From the NCBI GenBank assembly GCA_001818315.1, contig MHKF01000012.1:251149-315148 (forward strand): a stretch of 64,000 nt of DNA, read 5' to 3'. The notes beneath the pieces are model-generated. The model was not told where the DNA came from. It ran no database searches and saw only the letters and a list, made by a program, of their open reading frames with translations. Origin of the DNA: Candidatus Kerfeldbacteria bacterium RIFCSPLOWO2_02_FULL_42_19. GTDB taxonomy: Bacteria; Patescibacteriota; Patescibacteriia; HO2-48-17. Positions within the stretch are counted from its first letter, which is position 1; the number at the start of each line of letters is the position of its first letter. The translations under genes and the position numbers were made by a program. This document shows, one piece after another, positions 1 through 9,487 of this stretch.

Positions 1-1069
1 TGTTATAGGTACAGTCTTTATTATTCACGCCGGGTTCTGTAGAGCCGGTACAGCGTTTTTCTACAACTGTCGGTGCGACATTGTCGGTATCATTGTTCGT
101 GTAGAATTCCCAAGTGTAAGTGCTGGAGAGTTTGTCGCCATCGAAGGCTTTCACACCGCCGATGCCGCCAAGAGCAGTCACTTGGAAGCGTGCAAATGCA
201 GGGAGTTCTTTATCGCGTGGGTAGATGACTGCCCATGTGGAATCGTCTGGAATCGCTGGATCTCCATCGAAATGAATCGTTCCGGGAATCGTATTGCCTT
301 CGCAAGCGCCGGCGGTACATGTGCCGGATTTACATTGGATGTCGGTTGTGCATGCATCGCCGTTGCGGCCAGTTGCGTCATTGCCCTCAAGATCGCCGAG
401 AACTTCAGCATAGAATGTGCTGTTCGTAACGCTTCCGCGATCAATCGGTTTATTGAATTGTGCGCCTATAATCGTGCAGAGTGCTGCTCGAGCGTTACTC
501 CTTGGGATGGTTGCTTTGACATAAAAAGTTTGATCGCCACCGCCAGGAAAACCTCCTCCGCACGCGTTCGCTTGGCATGAGCCAGCGCAGCAGAAAGGTT
601 GATCGGCTGTACATCCCGCCGGGAAGTCTGCAATACAACTCGCACCGCCGCTCGTGAAATCCTGTACGGTGCGGAATACATAAAGCACAATACCCCACGC
701 GGCGAGGATAATGAGGAGTCCTATGAGTCCTTCGATGAGTATTTTTTTTGCTTTTTCGAGTCTGCGTTCATTGCCCCCTGAGGTGAGCCATAGAAAGCCG
801 GCATAGAGACAAACAATAATTGCGACAAGTGCCAGCAGTCCGAGGGCCCAATTGATGATACTGATGATAATAGATACGGGCGATGCGGACCCGAGATTAA
901 ATGTTGCGCCAATCGTTCGATCAATCGTAATCGCGAACGCCTCGCGACTATTGAAAAACAAGAAACTTCCTGCTGCGATCAGAGTGAGTAATCCACCAAC
1001 GAGAAAACCAAACACCGTGAAGATTCGAGTTGATTGTGAGCGAGTTTGTTTTGGTTGCTTCGTATGCAT
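1..1069 (-). CDS. Partial CDS (N-terminal about 356 aa; C-terminus lies beyond the window start). Hypothetical Cys/Gly-rich surface protein with two adjacent N-terminal TM helices.
   Basis: My own reverse-complement translation from the ATG at 1069..1067 runs without a stop to position 1, which is very unlikely by chance in a 40% GC genome. An in-frame TAA lies 18 nt upstream of the ATG. Two hydrophobic helices (IINWALGLLALVAIIVCLYAGFLWL and ILIEGLIGLLIILAAWGIVLYVF) are followed by a Cys/Gly-rich low-complexity domain. It is not in the supplied ORF track because it runs off the window edge. Confidence 0.55.
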   Translation of the reverse strand, partial: MHTKQPKQTRSQSTRIFTVFGFLVGGLLTLIAAGSFLFFNSREAFAITIDRTIGATFNLGSASPVSIIISIINWALGLLALVAIIVCLYAGFLWLTSGGNERRLEKAKKILIEGLIGLLIILAAWGIVLYVFRTVQDFTSGGASCIADFPAGCTADQPFCCAGSCQANACGGGFPGGGDQTFYVKATIPRSNARAALCTIIGAQFNKPIDRGSVTNSTFYAEVLGDLEGNDATGRNGDACTTDIQCKSGTCTAGACEGNTIPGTIHFDGDPAIPDDSTWAVIYPRDKELPAFARFQVTALGGIGGVKAFDGDKLSSTYTWEFYTNNDTDNVAPTVVEKRCTGSTEPGVNNKDCTYN

Positions 1070-1132
1070 GACGCGTGAATGTGTAAATTATGCGTCTCTT
1101 TCTTGATGTTTGTGCCTGTGCGCCTGTGAATT

Positions 1133-1576
1133 TTATTTTGCTTCTAACATTTTTTTTAACACTGTTTGTACGAGTTTCCCATCAACGCGTCCTTTGACGT
1201 GAGACATCGTTGCTTTCATCAGGTGTCCGAAGTTTTTCTCTGAACTTTCCGTAATAATTTTCTGGATAATCTCCTGCAGTTCCTGTTCAGAAAGTTGTTT
1301 TGGTAGGTAGGTTTCTATTATAGTAAGTTCGCTCGATTCTTTTTTCGCAAGATCATGTCTTTGAGCTTGCTCATAAAGCGTCATGGCTTCCTTTCGTTTT
1401 TTTGCTTCTTTTTGGAGCGCTGTAAGCGTCAGTGCGTCGTCAGGTATTTTGATGCGCTTTTCAATCTCGAGATTTTTAAGCGTCGCTTTTATGGAACGCA
1501 AAACTAAGGCTCTTTCGGAGTCTTTTTGTTTTAACGCTTGAATAAGGTCCTTCGAAATACGCTCAACGAGTGACAT
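1133..1576 (-). CDS. GatB/YqeY domain protein
   Basis: 147 aa. The sequence pattern (LKQKDSERALVLRSIKA...ETYLPKQLSEQELQEII...MKATMSHVKGRVDGKLV) is typical of the YqeY/GatB C-terminal domain family. Confidence 0.8.
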   Translation of the reverse strand: MSLVERISKDLIQALKQKDSERALVLRSIKATLKNLEIEKRIKIPDDALTLTALQKEAKKRKEAMTLYEQAQRHDLAKKESSELTIIETYLPKQLSEQELQEIIQKIITESSEKNFGHLMKATMSHVKGRVDGKLVQTVLKKMLEAK

Positions 1577-1577
1577 T

Positions 1578-1856
1578 TTACTTTTTTAAGCGAATTTTTA
1601 TCATTGGCTTTTTTTTACTGTAACGTGAATCACTTACTTCTTCTATTTTGCCAATTTTTCGTAAGTACTCTATTTGCTCGCGAATACGAATGCGTCTCAA
1701 TGCACCAAGTCGAATTTTATTTTTATTCGGTTTTCGCTTTGCAAATTGATGTTCTTTCGTAAGATCGAGCACACGGGTACTTTGGACCTTGCGCGTGAAT
1801 CTGCGGATGAGACTTTCATTTGACTCTCCGTTTTTCTTTCTGAGATCAATCAGAAT
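1578..1856 (-). CDS. rpsU: 30S ribosomal protein S21
   Basis: S21 signature NESLIRRFTRKV...AKRKPNKNK with a basic C-terminus. The listed ORF (1578..1772) starts at an internal Met. The frame stays open upstream to an in-frame TGA, and an AAGGAGGTG Shine-Dalgarno lies 6 nt before an in-frame ATT, so a non-AUG start near 1856 is likely. Confidence 0.8.
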   Translation of the reverse strand: MLIDLRKKNGESNESLIRRFTRKVQSTRVLDLTKEHQFAKRKPNKNKIRLGALRRIRIREQIEYLRKIGKIEEVSDSRYSKKKPMIKIRLKK

Positions 1857-1994
1857 TCAACACCTCCTTCTTTCTTTAACATGGATATTAAAAAATCGAA
1901 CTTTTATGATCGAAAAAGGGCAGTTTTGCCTCGCGTTTTGTTGACGTAAAGCAAATTCACAATAACATTATTTGTTTTGCTAGTCAAATTGAGT

Positions 1995-2336
1995 TTACAC
2001 TTCCCAGTGTAATGCTTTGCCGCCGAGAAGATGTACGTGGATGTGTGGAATGACTTGTCCGCCGTGTTCACGAATATTCAGAACAACCTTGTATCCTTTT
2101 TCTGCGATCCCTACTTGTTCGGCGATGAGTGCAACGCGGTGCATGAGTTGACCGATGAGCGGAGCATCTCCGGGATGCATATCTGCAAGCGAGGTGATGT
2201 GTTTTTTTGGAATCACAAGGATGTGCGTCGGCGCCTTTGGATGAATATCTTTAAATGCCAGAAAATTCTTGTCCTCGAAAGTTTTTTCTGCTGGAATTTG
2301 ATTGTTGACGATTTTGCAAAAAAGACAATCGGTCAT
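1995..2336 (-). CDS. HIT-family (histidine triad) nucleotide hydrolase
   Basis: CLFCKIV N-terminus and the HIHVHLLGG histidine triad. The start was chosen at the second Met (MTDCLFCKI) to avoid overlapping the hisS stop. Confidence 0.85.
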   Translation of the reverse strand: MTDCLFCKIVNNQIPAEKTFEDKNFLAFKDIHPKAPTHILVIPKKHITSLADMHPGDAPLIGQLMHRVALIAEQVGIAEKGYKVVLNIREHGGQVIPHIHVHLLGGKALHWEV

Positions 2337-2338
2337 AT

Positions 2339-3670
2339 TTATTTCAGACGCTTTTGAACATCCCAAACAATTTTTTCGTAGGCAACGACTTCTTGTGAGC
2401 CTGTTTCCATATCGCGTACTAAAACGGTTTGATCGAGAATTTCTTTTTGACCTAGAATGAGGGTAAATTTTGCGCCGAGGCGGCTTGCTATGCCGAGTTG
2501 TACTCCAAGTCCGTCGCGCGCAAAAAATTGTCGGACTTTAATGCCGCTGGCGCGCAGGTCTTCAAAAAGGCGCAGCGCTTTTTTGCGCGCTTGTTCCCCG
2601 AGTTGCGCAATAAAGACATCCGGATGAAATCCGATGATCGGATAGTTTTTAAGCTCTCTCATGAGGAGCACGATGCGTTCGATGCCGAGCGCGAGTCCAA
2701 CACCAGGCGTGTGTCGTCCTCCGAGTGTCTCCGCGAGTTTATCGTAGCGGCCTCCCCCACCTAAAGAAACTTTATCTCCAAAATTTTCATGCTGATACCA
2801 ATATTCAAAAGCAGTACGCGTGTAATAATCGAGTCCTCGCACGAGCCTTGGGTTGAGTTCGTAGAGAATTTCCAGTTCGTCGAGATGTTCGAGCGTACCT
2901 ACAAAGTGCGCACGGCATGCATCACACAGGTGATCCACTATTTGTGGCGCTTCTTGTGCGACTTCCTGACATTTTACTTCTTTGCAGTCCAGAATACGGA
3001 GCGGGTTTTTATGCAAGCGTCGTTTGCAAGATTCGCAGAGAGTTTTTCGATTTTTTTTGAAGAAGTTTTTGAGCACCGTCTGGTACGCCGGTCTGCATAC
3101 TTCGTCACCAATACTATTAATTTGTACCGTCGCTGCTATGCCGAGTGTCTTCAAAAGACGATGACCAATAAGAATCATCTCGGCGTCGAGTACTGGATGT
3201 TGATCACCGAGCGATTCAAAGCCACACTGATAAAATTGTCGATATCTTCCAAATTGCGGTCGTTCGTGCCGACACATGGGACCATAATAATAGAGTTTGA
3301 CTGGCTGCGGTTTGTTGCGCATTCCGTGTTCAATGTAAGCGCGTATAACCGATGCGGTTGCTTCTGGACGCACGGTGATATGTTCCCCGCCTTGATCGAC
3401 AAACGAGTACATTTCTTTTTGTACGATATCAGTGTCGTGCCCAACGCCGCGTTCGAAGAGATTCGTTGATTCTAATATCGGTGTATCAATACGTTCAAAA
3501 CTGTATGCGTTGGCAAAAGCACGCACTTGATCTCGCGTAGCTTCCCACCACGGTTGATCTTCCGGCAGCGTATCTTTCATTCCGCGGATGAGTTGCGGTA
3601 TCGGTGATTTTTTTGATTTTTTCTTTTCGACCGTTGAAGAAGCTTGCGGTGTTGTTTTTTTCTTGTACAT
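2339..3670 (-). CDS. hisS: Histidine--tRNA ligase
   Basis: 443 aa with class II aaRS motifs (GMKDTLPED, YYYGPMCRHERPQ, GGGRYD) and an anticodon-binding C-terminus. Confidence 0.93.
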   Translation of the reverse strand: MYKKKTTPQASSTVEKKKSKKSPIPQLIRGMKDTLPEDQPWWEATRDQVRAFANAYSFERIDTPILESTNLFERGVGHDTDIVQKEMYSFVDQGGEHITVRPEATASVIRAYIEHGMRNKPQPVKLYYYGPMCRHERPQFGRYRQFYQCGFESLGDQHPVLDAEMILIGHRLLKTLGIAATVQINSIGDEVCRPAYQTVLKNFFKKNRKTLCESCKRRLHKNPLRILDCKEVKCQEVAQEAPQIVDHLCDACRAHFVGTLEHLDELEILYELNPRLVRGLDYYTRTAFEYWYQHENFGDKVSLGGGGRYDKLAETLGGRHTPGVGLALGIERIVLLMRELKNYPIIGFHPDVFIAQLGEQARKKALRLFEDLRASGIKVRQFFARDGLGVQLGIASRLGAKFTLILGQKEILDQTVLVRDMETGSQEVVAYEKIVWDVQKRLK

Positions 3671-3675
3671 AGGCT

Positions 3676-4392
3676 TTAGAAGCTAATCATTGTCAAGTTG
3701 TTTCCTTTGCGTTGCAATGTATTCACTTCATTCTTCTTGTTCTCTGTTGCGGTTTCTGACGCTGGGTAGGTGATTCGATGAATGGTCGTAGCGCGTCTGA
3801 GCGGCCATGCGCGTAGCCACACTCTGCCGATGATTTTTTTTCTCGGTACCGGGCCAATACTGCGAGAGTCGAGGCTCGCGGGACGATTGTCACCGAGGAG
3901 GAAATAGTCTTCGTCTTTCAGTACGTAAATTCGGTCGCCGGAAGTTTGCAGATCTTCTGGTAAATATTCTGTTTCATTCAGGAAGAATCCTTCGGGATAT
4001 GTGTTATTTGTAATCCAAACACCGCCATCGCGAATTTTAATTTTTTCGCCGGGGAGTCCGATCACGCGCTTGATAAAATATTGTTTCGGATTCCTTGGAT
4101 CACGAATGACTATGACTTCTCCTCGCTGTGGCTCGCGAAAGCGATAACTGATTTCGTCGATAATCAGGTATTCATAATCATAAAAATTGGGTTCCATGGA
4201 AGCTCCGCGTACGTAAAACGGTTGGATAAGAAAATAGCGCACAGGGATAATGATCGCGAGCGCTAAAATAATGACCTTTACAACTTCGATAAAAAAGTTT
4301 TCCCGTGGTGCTTCGGGTTGTTGTTCCTTTTGATTCGGTTCGTTGGTGTGTGTGTTGGGTTCTGTATTGATGTTGGATGTGTTGTATGTCAT
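3676..4392 (-). CDS. lepB: Signal peptidase I
   Basis: TM anchor followed by the S26 boxes GASMEPNF, KRVIGLPGE and LGDNRPASLDSR. Confidence 0.9.
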   Translation of the reverse strand: MTYNTSNINTEPNTHTNEPNQKEQQPEAPRENFFIEVVKVIILALAIIIPVRYFLIQPFYVRGASMEPNFYDYEYLIIDEISYRFREPQRGEVIVIRDPRNPKQYFIKRVIGLPGEKIKIRDGGVWITNNTYPEGFFLNETEYLPEDLQTSGDRIYVLKDEDYFLLGDNRPASLDSRSIGPVPRKKIIGRVWLRAWPLRRATTIHRITYPASETATENKKNEVNTLQRKGNNLTMISF

Positions 4393-4526
4393 GGAGAGTG
4401 CTCATGTTGGTGTGAAATGTTTTTACTATATCAAAAAGCTTCTATTACTGCAAAAGAAGAAAGAAATTTTGCTAAATTCAAAGGTATTTTTCTCCGCACC
4501 TTATTATGTGTTATGGGAATAGTTGA

Positions 4527-4555
4527 CATTTTCGCTTATTTGTTTTATGATGTAT
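4527..4555 (+). promoter_or_regulatory. Near-consensus sigma70 promoter (TTGACA-17-TATGAT) upstream of the 4716 gene
   Basis: ttgaca ttttcgcttatttgttt tatgat, read directly. Confidence 0.5.
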
Positions 4556-4715
4556 TTTATTATTTTAGAGTACGTTTTGTTTTACATTGAGAGATCAGTT
4601 TCTGAATGTCTTTAGGGTATTATTGCAAAAGGTCTTGACGATCTTCGACTTTACGATGCTCGACTTGTAATTTTTTACCCCCCCCTCTAAAATAAGAGCT
4701 ACGATCATTATTTCA

Positions 4716-6056
4716 TTGTTTATGCTGTATTTTATGCAATTTCGTTTTATAAAGTTATTTCTTTTCTTTTTCTTTGCTGCTTCGATTTTTATTTTTGTTT
4801 TTCAGGCTCACACTGCTCGAGCATTAGAGGAACCTGCGCTTACGGTCAGTAATATTCAAGCAGAAGCTGGTGATACGTTTGCGATCATATCTTTTACTGC
4901 GGAAAATGTACCTACCGCTGCCCAGGCGACCATAAAATACCGAAAAGATGGAGAAGATGTGACTTTTTCCACAGGCTCAAATTATTTTTATGATGGCGCG
5001 ACTTCAATACTGCTGTATGATCTGCTTCCACAAACAAAATATTTTTACACAGTGCTCATAGAAGAAGGAACCAGCTACGAAGATCTGTACAAGAGTTCTT
5101 CGAAATCTTTCACAACGAAAAATGTAGATTTTGTGTCCCTGAGTCGTGTCACTCCATCAAAAGCAAAACCTGGCGCAGAGGTGACGATAGAGGGTAAAGG
5201 TTTTGGGAAACGAGCTGGCGAGGTTATTTTTGGCTATTGTTTTGCGGAATGCAAAGGCACGATTGTTTCATGGACCGATATAAAAATTGTTGCTACAGTT
5301 GGAACCCGTGCGACGAATGGGCCAGTCACCGTGCATGCATATCCTGCCTCTGGTTTTCGAAGCACGATTTACAGTAAAGAAGTTCGTGGGGGTGATGTCA
5401 CCGTCAATAATGGAGATACGAGTTATTTTGTTATTGATCGGAGAAAATGCGGTCAAGGAATTCGAGCAAAAACCTATAATGAGATAGCGAATATTAACAA
5501 TATTTACTTTGCAGAATACGGTCGAGGCGCTGGATGTAATGAATTGACATTCCATGTGCAACGACGCACACCGCATGATCGATTGCGCGATTGGTTGCGT
5601 ACGCAGGACGAAGGAAAATGGTGGCAGAAGATTACGAAGAATTACATGGGTAAAACTATTTATGATGCGAAAACAGGAATTTATCTCGTGACTCCAAGCG
5701 GTCTGCGTCGAGTACATGATTTCCAGACCGCGCTTGCGTGGGGATTGATTATCGATGATGCTAAACTTGTAGAAGATTTTTATGATCCAGCAAAAGGCTA
5801 TGCTGAAAAGTATATACACTCGGGTGTACGATCATACGGTGACTATGAAAATCAACTATTGTACCGAAACGGTCCTTACTTCGATGCGATTGAAGCTTTT
5901 CTGGGCGGGGAAGAGATCGATACGGGGAATGCGAGACTTGATAGCTATATCGAAGATCATCAGAACCTGATTATAAAAATGAATCCGATGGATACCGATG
6001 ACGAGGACTATCGCGATATTTGCACGGATCACTTACGGTGTGGAAAGAGATATTAA
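4716..6056 (+). CDS. Secreted hypothetical protein with an N-terminal FN3-like domain and an IPT/TIG-like domain
   Basis: Hydrophobic signal/anchor (FIKLFLFFFFAASIFIFVF). An FN3-like segment (TVSNIQAEAGDTFAIISF...YFYTV). A TIG-like segment (VSLSRVTPSKAKPGAEVTIEGKGFG). The C-terminal half matches no family I recognise. Confidence 0.6.
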   Translation: MFMLYFMQFRFIKLFLFFFFAASIFIFVFQAHTARALEEPALTVSNIQAEAGDTFAIISFTAENVPTAAQATIKYRKDGEDVTFSTGSNYFYDGATSILLYDLLPQTKYFYTVLIEEGTSYEDLYKSSSKSFTTKNVDFVSLSRVTPSKAKPGAEVTIEGKGFGKRAGEVIFGYCFAECKGTIVSWTDIKIVATVGTRATNGPVTVHAYPASGFRSTIYSKEVRGGDVTVNNGDTSYFVIDRRKCGQGIRAKTYNEIANINNIYFAEYGRGAGCNELTFHVQRRTPHDRLRDWLRTQDEGKWWQKITKNYMGKTIYDAKTGIYLVTPSGLRRVHDFQTALAWGLIIDDAKLVEDFYDPAKGYAEKYIHSGVRSYGDYENQLLYRNGPYFDAIEAFLGGEEIDTGNARLDSYIEDHQNLIIKMNPMDTDDEDYRDICTDHLRCGKRY

Positions 6057-6159
6057 TTTTCGTGAGTGAGCATTTCTATAACACGTAACGGCGCTGTCTT
6101 CCGTGAAAACTTGTAAAGTTTTTCATATGCACCGGCTTTTCCCCGGCGCATATGTTTTT

Positions 6160-6420
6160 TTAAAGAGACTGTCGCTGAATATGCTCGCGTCTGTGAGAAA
6201 TGAATGTGCATCATAGCAAGAGAGGAAGAAAACTCTCCTTTCTCAGCACACTGTGCAGTGTCAGTGCTTCGAAAGGGAGAGTCTGCCTCCTCTTTATGTT
6301 TTGTTCATTGGGTCTGTCGCCGAATACGCTTTCGTCTGTGAAATGCTACAATTGTAACAGAAATGGTATTCGGCGACAGACCCTCATTGCACAAGAAATG
6401 GCATTCAGCGCCAGTCTCTT
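6160..6420. repeat. Composite nested palindromic repeat (hairpin family A with two outer arm pairs)
   Basis: Two arm pairs are present. The first is agactgtcgctgaatatgc paired with gcattcagcgccagtctct. The second is gggtctgtcgccgaatac paired with gtattcggcgacagaccc. A hairpin lies between them, with the shared core ctcagcacactgtgcagtgtcagtgcttcgaaag as its loop. Confidence 0.8.
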
Positions 6421-6524
6421 GAAAGGCACATTGAATCGTACACGTATTTTGTTTATGATATACATACAATCTTTACATTGATCATTCCGCACCTATTAAA
6501 TACGCGGGAGTATATCGTCATTCT

Positions 6525-7706
6525 ATGCATAAATATTTTTCTATCCCCATCTTTCGCAGTCTTTTTGTTCTTTTACTTATTTGTACGTCTTTTCTCGCTG
6601 GCGCAGTTGGTGGTGCGTGGGTCGTGCTGCTCTATCAAACGCAAGGGCAAAATATCGCCACCCCCAAAATTTCACAGAAATTGACACAAAAGCTTGTGGA
6701 GGAAGAATCTGGTGCGATTGCCGTTGCGAAATCTGTTACTCCATCGGTTGTGAGTATTGTGATCTCCAAAGAGCTTGAAAGCATTGTGCAGCGTGGGCCG
6801 TTTCTTTTTGAAAGCGAAGGTTCGGGTGAGTTTCGAGATGTTGGCGGTGGAACAGGTTTCTTTGTTTCCAAAGACGGTCTTATCTTGACGAATCGACATG
6901 TTGTCAGTGATGAGGAAGCGCAGTATTCTGTCGTACTATCTGATGGCAGGCGTCGTTCGGCAGAAATTCTTTCGCGCGATCCGTTGAATGATCTTGCGAT
7001 TGTGAAAATTGTTCCCGAGAACAGCGAAAAGTTTCAACCTCTTGAAATTGGCGATTCCAGCGCTTTGCAAGTCGGACAAACGGTTCTTGCTGTCGGCAAT
7101 TCCCTTGCTGAGTTCCAGAATTCCGTTACGAAGGGTGTGATTAGTGGCTTGGGACGCGAAGTCGTTGCCGGAACCTTTCAGGATCAAGAGCTTTTGCGTA
7201 ATCTTTTGCAGACAGATGCCGCTATTAACCCCGGTAATTCCGGCGGACCGCTGGTGAATATTGCCGGGCAGGTTGTCGGAATTAATACAGCTATTGCTGG
7301 CGGCGCAGAAAATATTGGTTTTGCGATTCCTATTAATGAAGCAAAGAAGGCTCTCGATAGTTTTTACGAGTTCGGTGAGATTGTGCGACCGATGCTCGGC
7401 GTTCGATATATTCCCGTGAATAAAGATGTCGCAGAAGCACTTGAACTGCCTGTGGATTACGGAGCACTCTTACGAGGTGATCCATTAGGAGGAGAGCCAG
7501 CGGTTCTTTCGGGAAGTCCAGCGGATCAAGTCGGATTGAAAGATGGAGATATTCTTCTTGCTATTGACGGTGTTACTTTGGATGAAGAGCATATGCTTTC
7601 GGATCTCATTAGCGAACATGCAGTGGGCGATACGATCCGTGTGCGGTATATGCGTAATAAAGAAGAATTGGAGATTGATGTAACGCTTTCGAAATTTGGA
7701 TCGTGA
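6525..7706 (+). CDS. htrA: HtrA/DegP-family serine protease with a C-terminal PDZ domain
   Basis: N-terminal TM segment. Trypsin-fold motifs (TNRHVV, DLAIVKI, GNSGGPLVN). A PDZ domain (GALLRGDPLGGEPAVLSGSPADQVGLKDGDILLAIDG). Confidence 0.92.
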   Translation: MHKYFSIPIFRSLFVLLLICTSFLAGAVGGAWVVLLYQTQGQNIATPKISQKLTQKLVEEESGAIAVAKSVTPSVVSIVISKELESIVQRGPFLFESEGSGEFRDVGGGTGFFVSKDGLILTNRHVVSDEEAQYSVVLSDGRRRSAEILSRDPLNDLAIVKIVPENSEKFQPLEIGDSSALQVGQTVLAVGNSLAEFQNSVTKGVISGLGREVVAGTFQDQELLRNLLQTDAAINPGNSGGPLVNIAGQVVGINTAIAGGAENIGFAIPINEAKKALDSFYEFGEIVRPMLGVRYIPVNKDVAEALELPVDYGALLRGDPLGGEPAVLSGSPADQVGLKDGDILLAIDGVTLDEEHMLSDLISEHAVGDTIRVRYMRNKEELEIDVTLSKFGS

Positions 7707-7760
7707 TAGGAACTACGCTCGGACGTATCTTTCTATTTCATACGCATTTCTCTATAAATA

Positions 7761-8321
7761 TTGGCGATGCTTGTACCGTTGATTGTGATTTTTGGGCTTC
7801 TTCTGTTGTGTTCCATGGCTTATGCAGGATATTCTGCTGCGCCATGGGTGCCGACATGGAAAAAAGATGCCTTGCGCATGTTGCGTCTCGCTGCTGTGCA
7901 GTCTGGCGAGAAAGTTGTTGATCTTGGATGCGGCGATGGAAAGATTCTCTTTTTGGCTGCGAATATTTTTCACGCACAATCGCGCGGTGTTGATATAGGA
8001 ATCCCGCAGTATATCCATGCGCAGATATGGCGTTGGTTTCAACCGCGTAGGCGGGATATTCACATTCGTTTTGGGGATCTTTTTCGATTTGATATTCGTG
8101 ATGCGGATGTTGTGATTGTCTATCTTTTGCCAAAATGTTATGATCGACTCCTGCAGAAATTTGAAAAAGAACTTGCGCCTGGTACTCGAGTGATCGTCCA
8201 AGCGTGGCCTTTGCCGCGTTGGAAACCGGTCACAGTGGATCGCCCAACGCCGCGAGATCTTCCATTGTATGTGTATCGCGTTCCGAGTCCAAATTCTTCT
8301 TCTGTGCATGATCGCGAGTGA
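7761..8321 (+). CDS. Class I SAM-dependent methyltransferase
   Basis: Motif I VVDLGCGDGKILFLAA and a post-I acidic residue pattern, in 186 aa. Confidence 0.7.
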   Translation: MAMLVPLIVIFGLLLLCSMAYAGYSAAPWVPTWKKDALRMLRLAAVQSGEKVVDLGCGDGKILFLAANIFHAQSRGVDIGIPQYIHAQIWRWFQPRRRDIHIRFGDLFRFDIRDADVVIVYLLPKCYDRLLQKFEKELAPGTRVIVQAWPLPRWKPVTVDRPTPRDLPLYVYRVPSPNSSSVHDRE

Positions 8322-8359
8322 TCAAAAAAGCAGGAGAGGAGGTACATACATCTTTTTGT

Positions 8360-9487
8360 ATGAAAGAATTGCGTACTGCATTTCAGGAACTTCAACAGCG
8401 CGTTCAGAAAACCGAACGTTTACTTCATATTGAAGACAAACGCGCGCAGCTACGAGCACTTGAAGTCACAATGCGTGAACCAGATTTTTGGCGGAATCAA
8501 ACAGAAGCGTCGGAAACGGCGCGTCTCTGTGACGCACTTTCCAAAGAACTTGCAACGTGGGAGCAATTGAAGCGTGACATTTCCGAATCCCTTGAACTCA
8601 TCGAACTTGCAGAAAAAGAAAACACCCAGCATGTGGATAGCACACAAACTGTTGATGCCTTGCGGACTGATTTGCAAGAGAAGCTCACAAATCTTTCGCG
8701 GCAATTTGCTGATGCGGAGTTTTTGATTCTTCTCTCTAGCAAACATGATGCAAGCAATGCTTTAATAGCGGTGCATGCGGGTGCTGGCGGTGTGGATGCG
8801 CAGGATTGGGCGGCGATGTTGTTTCGTATGTTCCTGCGGTTTTGTGAGCGCAAGGGGTTTCAGGTGCGTTTGCTTGAAAAGGCAGAGGGTCAGGAAGCTG
8901 GGTTAAAGCGCGCGGTGTTTGAAGTCGTTGGACGTTATGCGTATGGATATTTGCAATCGGAACATGGCGTCCATCGTTTGGTGCGAATTTCGCCGTTTGA
9001 TGCCGAAGCGATGCGGCATACGTCTTTTGCACTCGTGGAAGTACTCCCAGAACTTGAGGATATCGAAGTTGACGTGAAAGCAGAGGATATTCGTGTGGAT
9101 GTATTTCGATCTGGCGGCCACGGCGGGCAGAGTGTGAATACAACGGATTCAGCAGTGCGTATTGTTCATATTCCTACCGGTATTACAGTCGTCTGCCAGA
9201 ACGAGCGATCTCAGCGGCAGAATCGCGACATGGCGATGAAGTATCTGAAAGCTAAACTACATAGGCTTGAACAAGAGCGTCAGTATCAAGAAAAACAGCA
9301 GATTCGCGGCGCGTTTACATCTGCAGAATGGGGGAATCAGATTCGTTCTTATGTATTGCAGCCGTATAAACTTGTGAAAGATCATCGTACCGATTATCAG
9401 GAAACAGAACCGCAACAGGTGCTCGACGGTGCACTGGATGGTTTTGTAGAGGCTTATTTACGTTTTCGCCGCGCACAGCAGGTTTGA
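8360..9487 (+). CDS. prfB: Peptide chain release factor 2
   Basis: Carries the SPF tripeptide (RISPFD), the GGQ motif (SGGHGGQSVNTTDSAVRIVHIPTGI), and the ERSQ..NRD segment. The frame is continuous, with no +1 frameshift site. The start is set at the ATG that matches RF2 N-termini; the ORF track begins at an upstream GTG at 8318. Confidence 0.92.
   Translation: MKELRTAFQELQQRVQKTERLLHIEDKRAQLRALEVTMREPDFWRNQTEASETARLCDALSKELATWEQLKRDISESLELIELAEKENTQHVDSTQTVDALRTDLQEKLTNLSRQFADAEFLILLSSKHDASNALIAVHAGAGGVDAQDWAAMLFRMFLRFCERKGFQVRLLEKAEGQEAGLKRAVFEVVGRYAYGYLQSEHGVHRLVRISPFDAEAMRHTSFALVEVLPELEDIEVDVKAEDIRVDVFRSGGHGGQSVNTTDSAVRIVHIPTGITVVCQNERSQRQNRDMAMKYLKAKLHRLEQERQYQEKQQIRGAFTSAEWGNQIRSYVLQPYKLVKDHRTDYQETEPQQVLDGALDGFVEAYLRFRRAQQV

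Noticed and set aside
852-1106. Listed plus-strand ORF (84 aa), and other short listed ORFs in 178..924
   Set aside because: They are antisense to, or out of frame with, the long uninterrupted minus-strand ORF 1..1069. They have no RBS and implausible composition.
1773-1860. Possibility that the in-frame TGA upstream of S21 means UGA is a sense codon (code 25)
   Set aside because: RF2 (prfB) is present with an SPF motif, and TGA cleanly terminates other genes. Standard code applies.
2031-3469. Plus-strand ORFs 2031..2357, 2789..3469 and 2982..3164
   Set aside because: They are antisense to the well-supported HIT and hisS genes.
8318-8440. Expected programmed +1 frameshift site (CUU UGA C) in prfB
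   Set aside because: The reading frame is continuous from the ATG at 8360. No internal TGA or shifty site was found.
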